A stretch of 5,155 nucleotides of DNA from Promethearchaeota archaeon (GCA_027031765.1 JALVPN010000085.1:1-5155), one strand, 5' to 3'. Positions 1-5,155 are shown, counted from the first letter of the stretch. Numbers and translations are program-made. The notes: generated by a model from the sequence alone, not told the origin.

Positions 1-403
1 GTTGCGGCGGGTGCGCCGCGAGGAGTGAAGGGTGTTGGCAGTACACGGATCAGTTGCTGACTGGCCTTCTTGTCCGAATGGGCCACACCTAGGTGCGCCG
101 TCGCGCAGGTCTGCTGTCTGGGGTCATGTGCGCACGGCGGAGCGAGTGGTCGTGCGCGGCTGGCAGCAGGTGGAGGCTATGCTGCTGGAGGCACATGCGG
201 CACGGCACTGTCGCAGTAGGAGGGGTCCGATGACGGGTGCGTGAAGGCTATCAGGCCGGGGGCCCTCACCGCACTTGCAGGTCTCCGTGTGCGGGCTGGT
301 CAGGGGAAGAGGAAAGAGACAGGCCCGTCGAGGGTGCCGCCCTGTATGAATGGCCCGGACAGGGCACCACGGGGCTGTAGGGGAAAGAGATAAGCCCTGC
401 CGG

Positions 404-420
404 TGTGATGTCACGTCACA
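404..420. promoter_or_regulatory. Operator-like imperfect palindrome TGTGATGT-C-ACGTCACA
   Basis: 7 of 8 positions are symmetric (TGTGA-N7-TCACA). It abuts the putative SD, 10 nt upstream of ATG 431. Confidence 0.35.
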
Positions 421-428
421 GGGTGAGG
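421..428 (+). promoter_or_regulatory. Putative ribosome-binding site GGGTGAGG of the WD40 gene
   Basis: GGTGA matches the 3' part of the extended SD consensus AGGAGGTGA, a form often used in archaea. GGTGA (422-426) ends 4 nt before ATG 431. Confidence 0.5.
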
Positions 429-430
429 AC

Positions 431-2185
431 ATGCGTGAAGGGCCGGGTACGTCTACTGGGGGCGTCGCAACTCGACCGCTGGGTACAACTGTTATGTGTG
501 TGACACCACGCTATGTCATCTCTGCATCTGGAAACGGGAGTGTATCTATCAGAGAGCGAGGCTCTGGCCGCAGGGCCGTGGTACTGGAGCACGACTCGCC
601 AGCGACGTCAGTGGTGGAGGACGGGGGTCATATGATGGTCGGGTGCGGGGACGGCACGGTCCATGTCTGGGAGATGGGCACATGGGCTGCGGTGACGGTG
701 CTCCGGGGCCATTCTGGGGGAGTGCGGGCGCTTGCAGCGGACGACGGGTGGTGCTATTCGGGGTCGCAGGACGGCAGGGTGGTGGTGTGGCGGAAGGGCT
801 CGTGGGAGCGTGTCGTTGCCCTTGGGGGCCTGTCGAAAGGGGTGCTGACGCTTGCGGTAGACGGTACGCACCTCTATTCCGGAGCCGGTGACGGCAGGGT
901 GGTGGTGTGGCGCAAGGGCTCGTGGGACAGGGTTGCCACTCTGGAGGGCCACTCGAAGGGAGTATCTGCGCTTGCAGTGGACGGTGGGCACCTCTACTCC
1001 GGGTCTGGTGACAGTACGGTGGTTGTGTGGCGCAGGGGCTCGTGGGAAACAGTCACCGTCCTCGATGGGGGCACGGGTCGGGTAGTGGCTCTGGCGGTGG
1101 GCGGTGAGCGTCTGTACTCTGGGTCCAGTGATGGGACGGTGACTGTGTGGCGGAAGGGCTCATGGGAGAGGGCGACCACTCTTGCGGGGCACTCTGGCGG
1201 CGTGGTCATGCTGACGATGGAGGACGGACACCTGTGTTGTGGGTGTGGCGATGGGACGGTCGTGCTGTGGCCGGAGGGCTCATGGGAGCCGTGTATGACG
1301 TTCGAAGGGCACTCGGGCTACGTGAACGCGCTGGTGGTAGACGACGAGCACCTGTACTGTGCGTCTGCTGACAGTGAGGTGGTGGTGTGGCGGAAGGACT
1401 CGTGGGAGGAGGTCGCCACGCTCAGGGGGCACAGGGCCTATGTACGGGCGTTGGCGGTAGATGACAGGCTCCTCTACTCCGGTTCTGAGGACAGTAGGGT
1501 GATGGTCTGGCGCAAGCGTTCACTGGACGAGTACAGGGTGCTCAGGGGACACCGGGAGTGGGTGACGGCACTTGCTGCTGACCAAGACCACCTATACTCT
1601 GCGTCGTGGGACATGGAGGTGGTCGTGTGGAGGAAGGGCTCTTGGGAGCGGCAGAGGAGCCTGATGGGGCACGTGACCCCGGTGGTGGCGCTGGAGGTGG
1701 ACGACAAGTACCTCTACTCTGAATCCGCTGACAGGACTGTGGTGGTGTGGGACAAGCGCAGCTGGCAACCGGCCGCAGTCCTTGGAGGGCTCTCGGGCGT
1801 GATGCGCGAGCCTACGGACGATGACATACTGGCGCTTGCGGCACTGGAGCTGGCTGTTGATGACAGGTACCTGTACTCCGGGTCTGTGGACGGGAGGGTG
1901 CTGGTGTGGGAGAAGGGCTCTTGGGAGGAGGTCGCGGCCCTAGAGGGACACTCGAAGTGCGTGTCTGCGCTGGCCGTGGATGACAAGTACCTGTACTCGG
2001 CGTCACCCGACCGTACCATCGTCTGGGAGAAGGGTACGTGGCTCCCGGTGGCCACCCTTACCGGTGAGCCAGACTGGACAATGGCCCTGGCAGCGGACGA
2101 CCGCCGTGTGTACTCCGTACTGCTTGACGGGAGACTTGTGGTGTGGCAGAAGGGCTCCCGCACAGTCATTGCGCCAGCCGACTAG
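431..2185 (+). CDS. Stand-alone WD40-repeat protein, 14 blades, probably two 7-bladed beta-propellers; no signal peptide or effector domain visible (584 aa from ATG 431)
   Basis: The translation is tandem 40-aa units with consensus HSxxVxALAVDxxxLYSGSxDxxVVVWRKGSWExVAxLxG, showing the GH...S..D....W pattern of WD40. ATG 431 is preferred over the track's 350 because GGGTGAGG (421-428) precedes it and the 27 extra residues are not repeat-like. Stop is TAG 2183-2185. Confidence 0.93.
   Translation: MREGPGTSTGGVATRPLGTTVMCVTPRYVISASGNGSVSIRERGSGRRAVVLEHDSPATSVVEDGGHMMVGCGDGTVHVWEMGTWAAVTVLRGHSGGVRALAADDGWCYSGSQDGRVVVWRKGSWERVVALGGLSKGVLTLAVDGTHLYSGAGDGRVVVWRKGSWDRVATLEGHSKGVSALAVDGGHLYSGSGDSTVVVWRRGSWETVTVLDGGTGRVVALAVGGERLYSGSSDGTVTVWRKGSWERATTLAGHSGGVVMLTMEDGHLCCGCGDGTVVLWPEGSWEPCMTFEGHSGYVNALVVDDEHLYCASADSEVVVWRKDSWEEVATLRGHRAYVRALAVDDRLLYSGSEDSRVMVWRKRSLDEYRVLRGHREWVTALAADQDHLYSASWDMEVVVWRKGSWERQRSLMGHVTPVVALEVDDKYLYSESADRTVVVWDKRSWQPAAVLGGLSGVMREPTDDDILALAALELAVDDRYLYSGSVDGRVLVWEKGSWEEVAALEGHSKCVSALAVDDKYLYSASPDRTIVWEKGTWLPVATLTGEPDWTMALAADDRRVYSVLLDGRLVVWQKGSRTVIAPAD
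470..2182 (+). repeat. Intragenic tandem repeat, 14 units of about 120 bp (WD40 blades)
   Basis: Blade starts are 470, 590, 710, 830, 950, 1070, 1190, 1310, 1430, 1550, 1670, 1790, 1949 and 2066. Blade 12 is 53 aa and blades 13-14 are 39 aa. DNA 770-807 and 890-927 match at 37/38 nt. Confidence 0.92.
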
Positions 2186-2409
2186 CTGGGCGGGGGCGGT
2201 CGCTTGTGGCAGAGGGGCCACGCGCGTCTCGTGTCTGTGGCGGGTCTGTGCGTCCTCGTGTCGGAACCCTTGCGACTTGCTCCCGGCCGGTGTCAGTCTG
2301 ACCCGTTCAGCCCGTGTCCGCATCTAGCCCTGACAGGTCACGAGATTGAACAATGGTGCCGGGAACTGGGGTCGGGTTTCGCATGATGGCGCGTGGATGA
2401 CAGATGGCG

Positions 2410-2591
2410 TCATCCAGCAAGTTTCCATGTATGTCCACGAGCAGGTTCTGCAAGGTGCTGCATGACCAGAGCGTCCTCATGCAGGGCTATCAGGCGTCCC
2501 CTGTGCTTGTAGTTCACTGTTCGGACAGCCCTCTTGCCGTCCTTTTCTCGCTGTCAGCGCACAGTTCGCACACTCGCCGGACAACCATCAT
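2410..2591 (-). pseudogene. Possible small CxxC-containing gene (about 60 aa) interrupted by a 1-nt deletion in an A4 run; alternatively a 25-aa ORF at 2514..2591
   Basis: The minus strand has AGGAGG (2605-2600), an 8-nt spacer and ATG 2591, giving MMVVRRVCELCADSEK. Adding one A to the A4 run (plus-strand T2543-2546) joins an open frame KDGKRAVRTVNYKHRGRLIALHEDALVMQHLAEPARGHTWKLAG ending at TGA 2412-2410. I recognise no family. Confidence 0.25.
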
Positions 2592-2662
2592 GTTGGAGTC
2601 CTCCTGCCCAGTTGCCCCTGCAATGCGTCTGGTGCCGGCTTGGTCGCCGAGGGATTGATGAT

Positions 2663-2697
2663 AGTGACCACAGCCGCAAATCATGTCTTTGGTCACT
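2663..2697. repeat. Perfect 8-bp inverted repeat AGTGACCA-N19-TGGTCACT
   Basis: The arms are at 2663-2670 and 2690-2697, in the intergenic region upstream of the MTase. Function is unknown. Confidence 0.4.
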
Positions 2698-2714
2698 CAA
2701 GAGGCCTGTGAGTG

Positions 2715-2724
2715 GTGTTCCAGA
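2715..2724 (+). repeat. Left copy of 10-bp direct repeat GTGTTCCAGA flanking the R-M genes
   Basis: Identical to 4554-4563. The flanks also align loosely (CTGTG-AGTG-GTGTTCCAGA-ACG versus CTGTGTAGC-GTGTTCCAGA-CG). Confidence 0.5.
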
Positions 2725-2732
2725 ACGTGCTG

Positions 2733-2739
2733 TTAATAA
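2733..2739 (+). promoter_or_regulatory. Possible TATA-like promoter element TTAATAA for the R-M operon
   Basis: A conspicuous AT-only stretch in a GC-rich intergenic region, about 90 nt upstream of ATG 2830. No convincing BRE lies upstream. Confidence 0.25.
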
Positions 2740-2829
2740 GTGCAGGACGCGACGAGCACGCGAAGGACTCACATCCCTACTTGGGCGACGAGAGTGAAAC
2801 AGTTGAGTGGCGGCAGTCACGAAGGGGCC

Positions 2830-3888
2830 ATGTTCACCCGCGACGGTGTCCAGGTTGTCAACTGTGATGCATTGGATGCCTATGACGACTGGCCCTCACC
2901 AACGGTCATAGTCTCGGACGGGGCGTATGGACTGGGACATTGGAAAGGGGATCCCAAGACGGCCGAGGAACTGGCCAGCTGGTACGAGCCCCACATCAAG
3001 AAGTGGGCGGAGAAGTCCACGCCCCGCACGTCGCTCTGGTTCTGGAACCGGGAGATCGGATGGGCCACTGTGCACCCCATCCTTGAGAAGTATGGGTGGG
3101 AGTATGTGAGCTGCAACATATGGGACAAGGGGATTGCTCACATAGCCGGGAATTCCAACACGGAGAGTCTGAGGCGGTTCCCTATTGTGACGGAGGTCTG
3201 CGTCCTCTATGTAAGGAAGGCGGAGTTCACGGTTGAGGGCAGGACCGTAGGGATGCAGGAATGGTTGCGATACGAGTGGGAGCGGACCGGTCTTCCACTC
3301 TACAAGGCGAACGAGGCGTGTGGTGTCAAGAATGCTGCCACACGCAAGTACCTGACGAAAGACCACCTCTTCTACTACCCACCTCCAGATGCTTTCGAGA
3401 GGATGGTGGAGTATGCGAACAAGCATGGAGACCCATCAGGACGGCCCTACTTCTCGCTGGACGGGAGTAGACCACTTACCCGCGAAGAGTGGCAGGCCAT
3501 GCGGTCGAAGTTCAAGTGCGAGTTGGGGGTGACGAATGTGTGGAGGACGCAGGCCCTTCATGGTGAGGAACGGGTCTGGTCACGAGATGGAAAGGCCTTC
3601 CACCCCAACCAGAAGCCACTGGAGCTGATGAGGCTGATAATCCGCTCCACTTCAGATGAGGGCGACGTCGTCTGGGAACCATTTGGTGGCCTGTGCACGG
3701 CAGCAGTGGCATCCTTGGACCTGGGACGACGGTGCTATGCAGCAGAGATTGACCGGACAGTCTTTGAGATGGCCGTTGACAGGCTCAGGACGTATGGGCC
3801 AGCCCCCCAAGAAGAGTTGACCCGGACCGGGCTGGAACGGTTTCTCTCTATGGACGAAGCTGAAGGAGACATTGACACTCATACCTGA
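2830..3888 (+). CDS. Site-specific DNA methyltransferase, N6-adenine/N4-cytosine family, beta class (352 aa from ATG 2830)
   Basis: Motif order is that of the beta class. N-terminal NCDAL is followed by catalytic motif IV VSDGAYG (SDGAY at 2914-2928), then IWDK, TEVC and HPNQKP (3601-3618), SAM-binding motif I VWEPFGGLCT (WEPFGGLCT at 3673-3699) and AAEID. ATG 2830 has GAAGGGG just upstream. The track's GTG 2740 extension is not MTase-like. Confidence 0.92.
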   Translation: MFTRDGVQVVNCDALDAYDDWPSPTVIVSDGAYGLGHWKGDPKTAEELASWYEPHIKKWAEKSTPRTSLWFWNREIGWATVHPILEKYGWEYVSCNIWDKGIAHIAGNSNTESLRRFPIVTEVCVLYVRKAEFTVEGRTVGMQEWLRYEWERTGLPLYKANEACGVKNAATRKYLTKDHLFYYPPPDAFERMVEYANKHGDPSGRPYFSLDGSRPLTREEWQAMRSKFKCELGVTNVWRTQALHGEERVWSRDGKAFHPNQKPLELMRLIIRSTSDEGDVVWEPFGGLCTAAVASLDLGRRCYAAEIDRTVFEMAVDRLRTYGPAPQEELTRTGLERFLSMDEAEGDIDTHT

Positions 3889-4552
3889 CCACTTCAAGGC
3901 TAGGATATCTATATCGGGGATAGAGGCCACGGACATATACAACCTTGGAGGGCTCATAGCGGCGGCTATTGAGGACAATGTTGTGTCCACACTCAACAGG
4001 CTGAGGGACAGATGGGATCCTGAGGACGAGTGGACAGACTACCGTTTCGTGAGACGGGCTGAAACATTCCCCGATGTGCGGTTAGTACGAAGTTCATCGG
4101 AGCGGCCAGTGCTTGGAATCGAACTCAAGAGCTGGTATCTCCTGTCGAAAGAGAGGGTGCCCAGTTTCAGGTTCCGGATAACACCGGAGGCCTGTGCCGA
4201 GGCCGACCTGCTTGTTGTCTTTCCTTGGGCACTGGAGAACGTATTGGCCGGAGAACCGCTACTGTTCAGGCCGTTCATCAGGAGCTGCAAGTATGTTGCC
4301 GAGTACAGGAACTACTGGTGGCAGCATGTACGGAAGACCCAGGACCCAAGGGGCATTGCACTGGCCGAGCATAGGAGCCCTTATCCAGAGGGGCGAGAAA
4401 AGGTCGAGGACAAGCCCGAATACAATAGTGGCAAGAACTTCGGACGCATTGCGCGGACAGGAATAATGGATGAGTTCATCGATGAGTGCATGGACATCAG
4501 GCTGGCTGGTGTGGAGGTCAAGAAGTGGATTGACTTCCTGGCATCTGTGTAG
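3872..4552 (+). CDS. PD-(D/E)XK nuclease, putative type II restriction endonuclease; start uncertain (TTG 3872, or ATG 3794 with an internal TGA)
   Basis: Helix Glu in AAIEDNVV, then TFPDVRL (PD at 4070-4075) and LGIELKSW (ELK at 4121-4129), give a canonical PD-x15-ExK active site. It directly follows and overlaps the MTase. Stop is TAG 4550-4552. The recognition site cannot be assigned from sequence alone. Confidence 0.82.
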   Translation: MTLIPDHFKARISISGIEATDIYNLGGLIAAAIEDNVVSTLNRLRDRWDPEDEWTDYRFVRRAETFPDVRLVRSSSERPVLGIELKSWYLLSKERVPSFRFRITPEACAEADLLVVFPWALENVLAGEPLLFRPFIRSCKYVAEYRNYWWQHVRKTQDPRGIALAEHRSPYPEGREKVEDKPEYNSGKNFGRIARTGIMDEFIDECMDIRLAGVEVKKWIDFLASV

Positions 4553-4553
4553 C

Positions 4554-4563
4554 GTGTTCCAGA
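4554..4563 (+). repeat. Right copy of 10-bp direct repeat GTGTTCCAGA
   Basis: It begins 1 nt after the nuclease stop codon and is identical to 2715-2724. Confidence 0.5.
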
Positions 4564-5155
4564 CGACATGTCATTGATGGGCACGCTGTCCGTCCCGTCT
4601 TGTGGTCGTTGTGGGCGTGGTCTGCGCAGTGACTGCTGTCTACCCCTCGCTGCGTAGTGTCGCGTCCTCGTAGCGCACTCCCACTCTGGGCCGCCATGGG
4701 GTCTTCCTCCCCAGCCAGGTAGCCATGCTTGTCGTCACGTGCTCCGGCGAGTCCGAGGCCGAGGCCGCAGACTTCATATCCTGCGTTGGACAGACGGGCG
4801 TTGTTGACGGGCTGTCTGCTCCCACACCGGTGCGCGACACACGGCCTGCGGGGCGCGGACGGCTGGGACTTGGCACACGCGGACGGTTGCAGGTGGTGCG
4901 TCCTCTGTTCCGGGAGCCGAGGATGTGCCGGGACATGGCCCAGCCGCCAGGCATGGTACTGTCAGGCCAGCACCCGACGGGGACTGTCCGGTATCCCCTT
5001 GGAGGTGCGCGGTCTCGCGTCCACGCCTGGACATGGTGCCCCCGTACTGCAGAGGACTGTCAGGGGCCGTCGGTGCAACTACCTGCAGCCACTGACGCCC
5101 GGTCAGACACTGGTCACACCGGAAACTGCGGGTCATACCTGAGACCAATAGATGG

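Noticed and set aside
3-92. Partial frame CGGCAARSEGCWQYTDQLLTGLLVRMGHT* resembling a CGGC or SPASM-type Cys motif
   Set aside because: Only 29 codons are visible, and CGGC arises easily in GC-rich DNA. It needs upstream sequence.
350-430. Track start of the WD40 ORF at ATG 350
   Set aside because: The extra 27 aa are not repeat-like, and the SD-like motif and palindrome sit directly before ATG 431. It is not fully excluded.
32-432. ORFs 32..244 (+) and 124..432 (-)
   Set aside because: No recognisable motifs, the composition is typical of GC-rich shadow ORFs, and there is no clear RBS.
710-2182. 120-bp periodicity as a CRISPR array or G-quadruplex array
   Set aside because: The units are degenerate, in-frame and protein-coding, with no invariant repeat and unique spacer structure. 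The GGTGGTGTGG runs simply encode VVVW.
496-2327. Alternative-frame and antisense ORFs overlapping the WD40 gene (e.g. 496..891, 608..991, 1714..2169, 1980..2327)
   Set aside because: These are shadows of a repetitive GC-rich gene. Their periodic Ser/Thr/Arg patterns mirror the WD40 codons.
246-2495. 11-bp direct repeat GGCTATCAGGC at 246-256 and 2485-2495 around the WD40 gene
   Set aside because: Both copies are far from the gene ends (about 175 and 300 nt), and repeats of this length are expected by chance in 5 kb. Another such match is TGCGTGAAGG at 238 and 432.
2354-2638. Minus-strand CCGGCACCA (2354-2362 and 2630-2638) resembling a tRNA 3' end or att site
   Set aside because: There is no T-loop (GTTCRA) or cloverleaf upstream of either copy, and no integrase in the window.
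2740-2829. Track start of the MTase at GTG 2740
   Set aside because: The extension has no MTase motifs, and the GTG directly follows the TATA-like element with no SD. ATG 2830 fits the expected start of a beta-class MTase.
3818-3903. Genome-wide TGA reassignment (it would repair the nuclease and extend the MTase to TAG 3901-3903)
   Set aside because: The long WD40 and MTase frames contain no in-frame TGA and their many Trp codons are TGG, so standard code 11 fits.
2880-4584. Antisense and alternative-frame ORFs across the R-M genes (e.g. 2896..3426, 3652..3996, 4039..4290)
   Set aside because: They overlap genes with clear catalytic motifs and have no independent features.
1-5155. Inferring the R-M recognition site from under-represented palindromes
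   Set aside because: 5 kb is far too short for avoidance statistics. This needs the whole genome or methylome data.

Overview
GC-rich prokaryotic window with three well-supported + strand genes. (1) 431..2185: a stand-alone WD40 protein of about 584 aa, made almost entirely of 14 tandem ~40-aa blades, probably a double beta-propeller. (2) 2830..3888: a beta-class amino-DNA methyltransferase with non-canonical catalytic motifs (DGAY; EPFGGLCT) and an HTH-like insert. (3) 3872..4552: an overlapping PD-(D/E)XK nuclease. Genes 2 and 3 form a putative type II restriction-modification (R-M) pair. The R-M pair looks less GC-rich than the WD40 gene and is bracketed by a 10-bp direct repeat. A GGTGA-type Shine-Dalgarno and a TATA-like box weakly suggest an archaeal host (inference only). 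The most unusual observations are: the nuclease frame extends upstream inside the MTase gene to an ATG at 3794 but is broken by one TGA; the WD40 blades show an 8-blade rather than 7-blade duplication register, with binding-type residues concentrated in the C-terminal half; and a possibly frameshifted 60-aa CxxC gene lies on the minus strand between the WD40 and R-M genes. Positions 1-400 and 4564-5155 have no gene I can support.
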